Shown here in pieces: positions 51,003 through 62,700 of a stretch of DNA of 64,000 bases. The stretch is from positions 31,946,628-32,010,627 of the forward strand of contig OZ037767.1 of NCBI GenBank assembly GCA_964035545.1, given 5' to 3'. The notes under the pieces are model-generated. The model made no database searches and was not told the DNA's origin. It worked only from the letters and a program-made list of their open reading frames with translations. Made by a program: the position numbers and the translations under genes. Source of the stretch: Bugula neritina (taxonomy: Eukaryota; Animalia; Bryozoa). Position 1 is the first letter of the stretch, and each line of letters starts with the position of its first letter.

Positions 51003-52524
51003 TAAAGGTGTAGATTACCTGGACAGAGTTCGGGTGATCAAATTCGATGACATCACAGATATTCTTGTCAAAGTTTGAGCAGCAACTCAAAATCCTTCCT
51101 CCTTCTTGAAAATACTTGAGAAATACTTTATCTTTCCCATCATGGATCTGAGATATAAAATAAATTAATGACAAGAATCAAGTACAGTTTGTAACAGCAC
51201 TGGAAGCAACAAGCACCTGCTCAACTGTGTATACAGTATAGTAACAAGCACCTGCTCAACTGTGTATACAGTATAGTAACAAGCACCTGCTCAACTGTGT
51301 ATACAGTATAGTAACAAGCACCTGCTCAACTGTGTGTACAGTATAGTAACAAGCACCTGCTCGACTGTGTATATAGTATAGTAACAATCACCTGCTCAAC
51401 TGTGTATATAGTATAGTAACAAGCACCTGCTCGACTGCAATGACAAGAAGCACACAGTTGTCCTGCCAAGGGGTGGATAGGAGTGACTCATCCTTGAGGT
51501 GGTACACAGTGTAACTGCCATAACCGACACACCTGAGTATCACCTCCTTCAGGTTAGTAAACAGTGCAGAGGAGAACTTTTTTCCCGTGTATATCAGAAT
51601 GTTGGGTGACTTGTACAGGAAGCGTCTGCAACACAACCACACAGGAAGGAAACATGTCGACCTCGAAGTTTAAACTGTCTGTCAGAAATAGTAAATATTG
51701 AGCAGCTGATGCGACGTACCGATGTCGAGAGAAACAGCTGCCGGATTTAGCTGAGGGGTGTGACTCACCTGGAAACAACAAAGTTTTATCCTGAAAACGT
51801 GTCACTGAATATGTGTCACTGAATATGTGTCACTGAATATGTGTCATTAAAATATATCTGCAGTTACAGCACACATGCAGGTAGTAAACTAATAATCACA
51901 CCTCATCAAATATCTCGCACAGTGTTACACAGAATAAACATACTGATGGTGCAAGTGCCCAACACACTCACTTGAGGAGGCGTGGTTAGAAGTCTCCGGA
52001 ACTTTGGGACTGGAGCAGATAGAAGAACTCATAGAATACTGAGCATTGTCTCTTGTAGGCGTAATATTTTTATCCTGATTAAAATAGTTATGCAACTAAG
52101 ATTCTATATCAGCACAAAACACTAAAGCCTACAGGGCAGTGTCTCACTATTCTATACCATTGCAAAGACAAAGCAAATATGTTGATATAAATATGTGGGC
52201 AGTTGAAAACACAATGAATAAAGTATGTGATGGTTTACTACAGCTATATGGCTTCTTTAGACCAGATTTAGAATAAATTCTCAAATCCAACATCATACAA
52301 AATGAGGGGTAATAAATTATGCTCAGTAGGATTGTCTCATTTCCTATATGCAGCAGATGAGAGTTTAACATTACCTTCCTAAGACGCTGGTTAGCTAAGA
52401 CAGCAGCACTATCTGTCAGTGTGGCAGCACCACCTGTCAGTGTGGCCATCCTGTAGACAGAATACCCAAACCTCCTTAACACTTCAGCTCTCACCATTAT
52501 ATACACATATGCTAAGGCAAACAT
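47605..52524 (-). CDS. HLCS: Biotin--protein ligase / holocarboxylase synthetase, about 12 exons
   Basis: KSPNILIYTG, PWQDNCVLLVI, ILSQVHLE, QISGIGREGNTWLSPPG, RVKWPNDIYYDKVKIGGVMV, YYQYWLHSG, GLDDFGFL, VQPDGNSYDMMHNMI; approximate exons 52524-52375, 52074-51972, 51768-51720, 51625-51427, 51147-51019, 50810-50579, 50437-50207, 49884-49734, 49479-49162, 48961-48830, 48308-48159, 47921-47605. Confidence 0.94.
47988..48158. repeat. 28-bp repeat carrying copies of the HLCS donor GTGAGT (minus strand), 6 copies
   Basis: Minus strand reads AATTG|GTGAGTGT...GTAACCATGGATAYCA-GTGAGTGTTTGT. Confidence 0.9.
48315..48740. repeat. 35-bp intronic minisatellite abutting an HLCS acceptor, about 12 copies
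   Basis: ACACAATCTAGAGTACTAGACCTCTTCTCAGTATA. Confidence 0.95.
49897..50143. repeat. 19-bp intronic repeat (GTAACTAGGCAACAAYAYR), about 13 copies
   Basis: Directly visible. Confidence 0.92.
50917..51000. repeat. (GA)n microsatellite
   Basis: Directly visible. Confidence 0.97.
51208..51437. repeat. 35-bp minisatellite copying an HLCS exon end and donor (minus strand), 7 donor copies
   Basis: Minus strand CAGTYGAGCAG|GTGCTTGTTACTATACTRTATACA. Confidence 0.93.
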
Positions 52525-55048
52525 TCCACTTTTGATCCAGCATCACACTGAGTAGGCAATGTCAGATCTATAATAATTCAAACAATAAGATTTTCAGAAA
52601 GTAGCTGAAGTTATGACTAACTTGTGTAAAATTGTAAAGCAAAAAAGTATTGCAGCTTTTGACTTAGTTGATGGAAACTGAAATAAAAATTAACAATCAA
52701 CCCAAAACAAGTTTTTCTTAAATTGATGCTCACATTCTATTTCATGACATTTTAAATTATTTCGACTTTCACTTTGACTTTGAGCGCAACAAAAACTAAC
52801 CTTTCATGCTAATGATACCAATAGTAAAGTAATAACAAATAAGCAATAGTAACTTATACTTATAGTGTAATAAGTGTATAAACCATAAAAAATTCAATAA
52901 TTTAATTTTATGTTCATAAGAAAGTAAATAAATCAGAGTAAATAAAATTTAAAATTGTTTCACTCTCATTCACTTTGATACCCAAAGTTAATTACTGATA
53001 ATATTAATACTCATAATATATAATTATAAATATAATTATATTATAATAATTATTTAATATTTAAAATTAATATCATCATCATTATTATTAATGTTATTAA
53101 TATTATAATATTAATTATATTTATTAATATTCATATTGTGCCAAATCTGTGTTGGAATCTCCAGTACAAGTAGGCTACAACTGCAACTGAATATACTTAT
53201 CAACAACTCATCGCTTGTTTTTGATACTTTGCCTTATACTATATTAATATCAATATGGCTATAAGTATAAGTATGTTAAGTGATTAAGTGAATGTGATTA
53301 ACTTTAAGCTAGAGACAAAAATTGTACATGGCTTGCCAGAACTTTTGAAAACTGTTTACATGTTGGCTCGGTATATTTTAAAAGCCTCGGTTTATATATA
53401 ATAAAAGCTTATCTTTCGCGCAAGCATCAAATAGTTCAAGAGCTCTCTCTCCTTCGCTTTGCTGAACTGATAAAAGAACGTAAGCTAGCTTTTTCTGCTA
53501 AAATTATTACCATTCACTACTGCACAATTTAATTGCACACAGTTCAACCACCGACTGATTGTAATACTAATGTCTAATACTAATAGTCATACTTATAGTT
53601 AAACTTAATGTAATATTAATATTAACTGTAGGTAGTAAGTAATACCAGCTGATAATGGTAATTATCACTTCATGCAATTATTGTACTGACATTGATTTTT
53701 ATTTTTCTTTGTTTTAAATCATAAATGTATGAAAATAATCATAATGAGAAGCAGTCATTGTTAAATTTAATTATTGTTAATGTTAATAATATTATAGATA
53801 ATTATATAATATTATATAATTATATTAATATTTATGAAATTGAATATTAATATCAATATGTGATTCAGATTGTGTCAAATTCAAAGTCCGTGTCAATGTG
53901 GTTATGAGTCTTCAAACTCATAAGAGTAAGACTAACTTTAAGGTAAATTCTGGTTCATCACCATACTCGTCATGATTATGTTATTTACTCTAACTGTAGT
54001 GCCCACAGGCACAAGCATTACCATTAGTCCTGCTGTTGCTTGTTGTTGTATCTTATACTTTTTGCATATGAACTTATAGTTATTGATACTTGAAAATTTT
54101 ATACTTGGCTCTTAATTTTTTGGTTTTCCAGGCATTTGCAAATTTTTCAATTATAGCATAAGCCGTTTAATAAACTACCATGCCAATCAGCATAACTATA
54201 GGTCTATGGGTATCTTTATTATTGAGTCTAAAAGTAAAATTTATTAATTAATGATGTAAATGGTACTATAACTGTGACTATGGTTTCACTTCGTAATACT
54301 TATGTTCTAAGTCACTTTCAAACAGCTGATGAAATTTATAATGTTAGACGGCATCTTTCTAAAATTCATACACTGTAAAAGTTTAGTCCACCAAGTGATA
54401 TGCCAGTAGCAATGACAATTATTTGCCAGCTAGCTTAGTAGCTTATTTCACTAATTGCAATTTACAAAATAATAATAAGCTGATTGGTTATTGAAAGTTT
54501 GATATAATTTGAAGTTGTTTACCCTTATAAAAGAAAAAGTGATGCATGATCACACAGTTCGTCTTGCAAATTATTTTTTCTTGATAGAAAGTAGATGCAA
54601 TGCTCATTCATTGAATTGTTACATTGAATAGCAGCCTACAATGCATTTAGTTATTATCTTGAGATCTACTTCAGGTACAATGAATACAGAGTCACTGTGA
54701 ATACAGAGTCACTGTGAATACAGATTGCATGTAGGAAGTGTGTTGGTTGCTGTCCAGGTTTTTGTAGACTAGGAAGTTCTTCAGGTTTTGACTAAATAGA
54801 GAGTATAAATCAAGTTACCAGGTCTTACTCAATATATTTCTTAGAATACTGCAGAGCTTGGTTCAGCCACAAAGCAGACGGCTATATCTCTGTTATCCTG
54901 CAGCTGGTAAGTCACATGATCATATTGCATGTTATATCTCTTAGTTAGTAAGTCACATAATCATATTACTGTTAATAGATAGCATATTATATAGTCTGTT
55001 ATCTTTCTATGTGTTCTCTTGTTTAGCCTGAGACCGTACTGCTGTGCA

Positions 55049-58000
55049 ATGGCAATCTACATAGCCTTAGTATGTGGTCTCCTACTGCCCATCTCAAAAA
55101 CTGCTGTAGCTGAGACTAAGACTGCTTTTGGGGAGGCAAATCCCCCTTCTATTCACGTCGCTATAGTGAAGAAAGGAAGCAGTATTTCTACGAAGGACTT
55201 TTTCACTACATTCGTCTACGAACAGAGTCCCGTGGTGTTCAAGGCAGCCATCTTGGATTCTCCTGCCTATAGGCTGTGGACTGATGAGTATTTCATGAGA
55301 CTGTCGGGGGTTCCCCGGGACCACACCGTCCTTGTTGAAAGCAGGAAGAAGGAAAACCGCACGGCTCCGCCTACTCGTATGCCATTCAAGGAGTTTGTGT
55401 CAGTCTACAACCTGACTGACCAGTATATGGTGGAGTCCGTACCCTCATTCCTCAGGTTACTCTCTCGGTCTATACTCAGTCTATACTCTCAGTCTATACT
55501 CTCAGTCTATACTCTCTCAGTCTATACTCTCTCAGTCTATACTCTCTCAGTCTATACTCTCTCAGTCTATACTCTCTCAGTCTATACTCTCTCAGTCTAT
55601 ATCGCTCAGTCTATACTCTCTCAGTCTACTCTCAGTCTATACTCTCAGTCTATACTCTCAGTCTATACTCTCTCAGTCTATACTCTCTCAGTCTATACTC
55701 TCTCGGTCTATACTCTCGGTCTAGTCTCTCGGTCTAGTCTCTCAGTTTGATTTCTTAGACTAGCTTCTCAGACTAGTTTCTAGATTTCGTGGGAATTGTC
55801 ATTTCTTTAGTATGTTCTCTGCGGTGGAACTCACAATACTTCACTCATGTAAAACTGTTTTATACGGATCCTGCATCGTCTGCTGTCATTGAACTTTCTG
55901 TTTGCTTGTAGGAAAGACTATATGCTGCCTCACCACTTGCAGTGTGAACAGCTTATGAAAGACGTCATTGTGGAAACAGTGAGTTCTAGAGCTGTGTGTC
56001 ACGAGTCACTTTTTATATAATACACCGCATACTCGCTGTTAGTAGTCATTGAACTTTGTGTTTTGTCAGATGATGTGGTACAGCAGTGGCGGTACTGTAT
56101 CTGTCGTACACACCGACTCCGTGGAGAATATGAACTGTCTAGTAGCCGGTACCAAGAGGTTCGTGTTTGTCCCTCCCGAGTACGCTGTAAGTTCTACAGG
56201 ATATGATGTCATTTTCACAAGTTATGGTTATGCTACACTTTCGTAATTCTAAAATAATAACTAGTATATTATATGGACAACCAGTTTATTTGGAGTCATC
56301 TCCTCTCTGTAAGCATCACATAAGAATTCCCTATTGAGTTGTCAACTACCAATAAAGTTAATAGAGCAGTATTGATGTATAATCTGATTGTGTTTGGATT
56401 CAGGATTGTTCTTGAATTCCCCTCTTTTGTAAACAACATAGACATAAAAACTGTACTTACACCATATACTTACACCATGTACTTACACCATATACTTACA
56501 CTACGTACTTACACCATATACTTACACCGTGTACTTACACCGTGTACTTACACCATGTACTTACACCATGTACTTACACCATGTACTTACACCATGTACT
56601 TACTCTATGTACTTACTCTATATACTTACACCATGTACTTACTCTATGTACTTACACTATGTACTTACCCTATGTACTTACTCTATGTACTTACTCTATG
56701 TACTTACACCATGTACTTACACCATGTACTTACACCATGTATTTAGTTATTAATATACTACGCTGCCGCTGCAGGACAAGGTGCTGTTTGACCACCCTGA
56801 AGGCTCATACTCTGGCATCGATGTCGATGATGTAGACTACGCCAAGTACCCAGGTCTCGCTGACGTTAGGTTCATGCACGCTGACTTGGAGCCCGGCGAC
56901 TGTCTTTACATTCCTTTCAAATGGTAACGCTGCCTGTGCACTCTTCCGCAGTTTCTATTCATTATATTGTATTGTATTGTTCTACAATATTATATTATAC
57001 TGTATTATATTACAATATACATTATATTGTATTGTTCTACAATATTATATTATACTGTATTATGTTACATTATCTTGTATTGTATTGTTTTAGTATATCA
57101 TACTATAATAAGATATACTTTGTACTTACACCAAGTACTATGTTATATTATATTATGTTATATTATATTATGTTATATTCTATCATATTATACAATACTA
57201 TAATAAGATATACTATGTAGGATTCACCAAGTCAGATCTTATAACAGAAACATTGCCGTCAACATCTGGTGGGACACCTTCAAGAATAAGGTCATTGACC
57301 TAGAAAGATGTGATGAGGACTTTGACCCCACGTGGACACTGGACAGAGTGGATACGTCTGGCTTTGAGGACTTGGAGTCGTCCCCCGCAATGATACGGTT
57401 AGCCTTAGCTTTATATTTAGTATACTCTCAGTATACACTCTCAGTCTATAATATACTCTCAGTCTATGATGTACTCTCAGTCTATGGCATAGTATACTCT
57501 CAGTCTATGGCATAGTATACTCTCAGTCTACACTCTCAGTCTATGGCATAGTATACTGTTGTTTGTAGAGACTTTGTGACCGATGTGATAGGGGACAACT
57601 CCTTGTATGTTGGAAAGTTTATATCTAGTCTGAATTTACCTGTAAGTATGACTCATCACCAGCTTGCCTATACCTGCCATGTTGTTATATCATATCAGGA
57701 GTTATCTTATCCCCTGCCTATGCTATAAACTCTACTGTGTTATGTATACATTGTAGATGATGAGTGACCCGGGATTTGTCGGCTCTATGGAGTATAATAA
57801 AGTCCTCTCTATACTGGGAAAGGTACGTCAATGAGCTCTCTAGTACTCTATTCACTCCTGCACTGTTTCTACTAGGTGTAGATATCATTGTAATACTGCT
57901 ATACTGTGAACTTGCATCTCTTCAGATATTTGAGCTGATGGATGTGGGTGCAGATGGTAAAGTGGATGCCCTGGACCTCAGGGATATGCCTGAAAGCAGG

Positions 58001-58614
58001 TGGACTGATATTAGTGTGTACTTTAAGGTGGGTGTCTTGTGGTGTGTCCTATAGTACATGTGCTATATGATATGTATGCATGCTATAGTACATGTGCTAT
58101 ATGATGTGTATGCATGCTATAGTACATGTGCTATATGATGTGTATGCATGCTATAGTACATGTGCTATATGATATGTATGCATGCTATAGTACATGTGCT
58201 ATATGATGTGTATGCATGCTATAGTACATGTGCTATATGATGTGTATGTATGCTATAGTACATGTGCTATATGATGTGTATGCATGCTATAATACATGTG
58301 CTATATGATGTGTATGCATGCTATAATACATGTGCTATATGATGTGTATGCATGCTATAGTACATGTGCTATATGATGTGTATGCATGCTATAGTACATG
58401 TGCTATATGATGTGTATGCATGCTATAGTACATGTGCTATATGATGTGTATGCATGCTATAGTACATGTGCTATATGATGTGTATGCATGCTATAGTACA
58501 TGTGCTATATGATATGTATGTATGCTACAATATCATCTATAAAATATTCTTCAGGAAATTGAAGCCATCGAGAAAGATGCGGAAGTGATAGAGGAAGTTC
58601 ACGATGAGCTGTGA
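55049..58614 (+). CDS. Secretory-pathway JmjC (cupin-like) 2OG/Fe(II) oxygenase with an EF-hand-like motif and C-terminal HDEL
   Basis: Signal peptide MAIYIALVCGLLLPI; PVVFK..., LWTDEY; MWYSSGGTVSVVHTDSVENMNCLVAGTKRF; LEPGDCLYIPFKWIHQVRS; DVGADGKVDALD; ends EVHDEL*. Approximate exons 55049-55455, 55912-55978, 56070-56186, 56775-56923, 57221-57397, 57569-57641, 57757-57801, 57926-58028, 58556-58614. Confidence 0.88.
55458..55746. repeat. 13-15 bp repeat (CTCAGTCTATACTCT)n starting at the donor
   Basis: Directly visible. Confidence 0.92.
56452..56741. repeat. 13-bp repeat (TGTACTTACACCA)n
   Basis: Directly visible. Confidence 0.92.
58049..58527. repeat. About 36-bp minisatellite (CTATAGTACATGTGCTATATGATGTGTATGCATG family), about 13 copies, filling the last JmjC intron
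   Basis: Directly visible. Confidence 0.94.
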
Positions 58615-59783
58615 GAGTTTACGGCATTTTACTTCTGCTAATACTTCCTATTTATATACAGTTCAACTTCTGTCATAGAATCAACAGGTCAGCTAGTGTA
58701 GCTGTAGAATCAACAGGTCAGCTAGTGCAGCTGTAGAATCAACAGTTTAGCTAGTGTAGCTGTAGAATCAACAGTTTAGCTAGTGTAGCTGTAGACTCTA
58801 CACAACTCTTCCACTTTGTTACTTGTTAAACTCATATTTATTACTGAGTCGACTGTTTCACTACCTTTTCATGTGGCTGTGATTTGACTTGAAATAAGTT
58901 ATCTTTTCTATATGCAGTTTCATGCAAATACTTGGATGCCTGTTTTTTGTCCATTTCTCTCCCAACAAGCTAAGTGCTTGTGCTCAATTGATCTTTATAT
59001 TGTTTACATTTTTAACTTTCTATTTTTGTACTAAACACCTATTCTCATTTGTAAAGGTTTTTTCTTTATATTTTACTTTTTCTTGTTAATTATGGAATGA
59101 TCTGAATTTTTAATTTTTTCAATGTTTCAATCTAACCAGCAATTCACTATAAGTTACTATTGTAGTTTAGTGAAATATCATTTATTGATAAAACAGTACA
59201 TAAAGTTTGTAACATAAAATCATATAAAAAATAAAACTTTTTTGAGCAAAAACATGTTTTGTATATAATATCAAGGCGTAAATTAGATCCTGTAGAAAAT
59301 AATGTTGAATATTAGAATGTAACTAAGCTCACTACAATATAAAGCAACACATGCTGGAAGTTGGTATGGTGCGTTTGTTACAACTTCCACTCCTTCTAGA
59401 AAGAAGCGTATAGTAGACACTAGACCCCTCTAGAAAGGAGTGTATAGTACTAGACCCCTCTATAAAGGAGTGTAAAGTACTAGACCCCTCTATGAAGGAG
59501 TGTATAGTACTAGACCCCTCTAGAAAGGAGTGTATAGTACTAGACCCCTCTATGAAGGAGTGTATAAACTGTTAAGCATATATGTTAGTTCAGCTTGATA
59601 TTAGCACTTCACAGGTTGAATATAGGGTGTGGACCCATAGGAAGTCTATGCTACAAGTAAGAGTTATCTTCTATTGATCATCAGTTATTTAAGGTTGATT
59701 CAATAAAACTAATAAGCAGACTCTAGCCTGAGATATAGACTATATATCATCATGAGGTTACATACCTGCGGTACATCCACAGG

Positions 59784-62700
59784 CTATAATGCATACGAAG
59801 ATCTTGCTGCCAGGAGTGTTGCTGACAGGAGAGAGGAGAAGAAGAGCAGGAAGTTGACCTTGAACTTGCTGCCGACACCGATAGTCCCGGCACAGTATTC
59901 TCCGTCTTCCTCCTCCAATTCAATTGGTGGGTAGTCTTGTGGGTTGAGTATGTCGTACTGAGCGCAAATAACAACACAATGTTCACCTGTGAGCGGGCAA
60001 CTCCGACTATAAACACTGTACATACAAGAGTTGTAACTTACGTTGTACATGCGTCCAGAGTTGTCAAGACAGTAAGTCACAGGGTATGTTTTGTCACAAG
60101 CTGTTTGAACCGTGACTACTTTCTCATCCGTCCAGTCACTGATGTTATCCAGCGCCTCGTATACGGACACGAGTGAGTAACTACCATAGTTTACCCTAGT
60201 AACCATAGTAACCATATCATTGTAACATTAGTACTCATAGTAACTATGTAATATATCTACTATATAACTATAACTTCCGAACACATAATACAACATATGA
60301 CACACTACATAGTACATCTTGTCACACACTATATAGTACATCTTGTCACACACTATATAGTACATCTTGTCACACACTACATAGTACATCTTGTCACACA
60401 CTACATAGTACATCTTGTCACACACTACATAGTACATCATGTCACACACTACATAGTACATCTTGTCACACACTACATAGTACATCTTGTCACACACTAT
60501 ATAGTACATCTTGTCACACACTACATAATACCTCATGTCACACACTACATAGTACATCTTGTCACACACTACATAGTACATCTTGTCACACACTACATAG
60601 TACATCTTGTTACACACTACATAGTACATCATGTCACACACTACATAGTACATCTTGTCACACACTATATAGTACATCTTGTCACACACTACATAGTACA
60701 TCTTGTCACACACTACATAGTACATCTTGTCACACACTACATAATACATCTTGTCACACACTACATAATACCTCATGTCACACACTACATAGTACATCTT
60801 GTCACACACTACATAGTACATCTTGTCACACACTACATAGTACATCTTGTTACACACTACATAGTACATCATGTCACACACTACATAGTACATCTTGTCA
60901 CACACTATATAGTACATCTTGTTACACACTACATAGTACATCTTGTCACACACTATATAGTACATCTTGTAACACACTACATAGTACATCTTGTCACACA
61001 CTACATAATACCTCATGTCACACACTACATAATACATCATGTCACATACACTTCTGGCTGTATTCCCAGTCCAGTGTACAGCCCATCAAAGTGATTGAAT
61101 ACGAATCCTGGGAAAGATTGACAAACTCCAACATCTCTTTTTGGGTAGTAGAAAAAGAAGGCGAGACACATTTCTTCCTCTGTTGCTAGTCCACCCTATA
61201 GAACATTATATCATACTTGCTATAGCATAGTTCTCTCTTCTATAGAACATTATATAATACTTGCTATAGCATTCATTCCTTCTCTCTGTAGTATATTATA
61301 TTCTCTTTCTTAGTAACATAATAGTCATATACTAGTAAACACTCACCACAGTCACTTTCTTTCTGGACAAGGAGTTGTAAATACAGGTGACCTTCAAAGT
61401 ATCTCCCTGAAACAAATATACGTCTGCTTAGAATATTCTGGAACTTGCTTAGATGTTGATCAGACAGTCAAAACAATAAACTATCCCAAAATCAGTTTTT
61501 CTAATGATTACTGTGATGTGGGAAATATATAGTGACATCAGAATAAATTCCTTAGCACAGTTTGATGACAAGATCACATGACAAGGTCACACGTCAAGGT
61601 TACATGGCAGAATCACGGGGCCAATCACATGTAGGGCTGGAAGGAAACCAGCATTCAAAGGAACTTAGAGTCTTGGAGGAACTCCACCACTGCATGAGGT
61701 TTAAACTGTGACCCTACTTACAGGCAATATTTTAGGATTCTGTTGAAACTGTCTCAACTCCTGGTAGTTGAAGTCATAGTGTTTGTCCTCGGCTAGTATA
61801 TGTAAGGGCTGGTCATCTCTATAATGTTCTACTTTGATATCCACTCCTATGAGGTGAGAATGCAGAGTGTACGCGAAGAAAGTCACCCCTTCCTCAGGTA
61901 CCCACTGTAACAAGAGAACAGGCACCCACTGTATCAGTTAGAGAACAGGCACCCACTGTATCAGTTAGAGAACACACACCCACTTTATCAGTTAGATAAC
62001 ACACACCCACTGTATCAGTTAAAAAACAGGCACCCACTGTAACAAAAGAACAGGCACCCACTGTATCAAGAGAACTCTGTGGTTAATAAAGTAACAATAA
62101 TGTAGTTGTATATGTTAACTTATGTCTGGTGGTATTTTGATAAAACACAACAATCAGTATTCTTGAAACACATTTACATATTTTTTACAAATATTTCTTT
62201 TCAATGCTACATGTTGACATGTTAAATAACTTAAAGTATACCAACTTCAAGTGACTTAGCTCACAAAGCTTGTGAAACTATCATATTATGATATCACCCC
62301 CCCCTCTCCCCCCTCTTCCCCCCCCCCCCAGTACAGTACTTGTATAGTCAACACCAATCAACTTCCTTTAATTTCAATTTAAAATACTTGCCTCTTTTGT
62401 ACAAGAGCTGTGACAGTAACCTGTTATCCAAAATTTCTCTTGCTTAGGAGGTACAACTATGCCGTGAATACCCCCACTTTGCAGTACGCCCATATCATTT
62501 GGACGTAGCGTTGGCGTGTACGTCATTCTAAGTCCAGACGAGTCAACCACACCTAAAGTATACAATACAACACTTGATAGACCCTGCTGCCTGTTCCAGA
62601 CTATTCTATCATAAGGCAGCATTGAGGGTTTGTGTTTGTATAGGCTGAAAGCAATATATACCTTTACACTCAAGCTTCAAACCAATAAGTAATCATGTTT

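Noticed and set aside
51769-51790. 22-nt HLCS microexon (TTTTCAG|GATAAAAC...CCAG|GTGAGT)
   Set aside because: It introduces an immediate in-frame TAA after the phase-1 upstream exon; it could only be a poison exon and there is no support for that.
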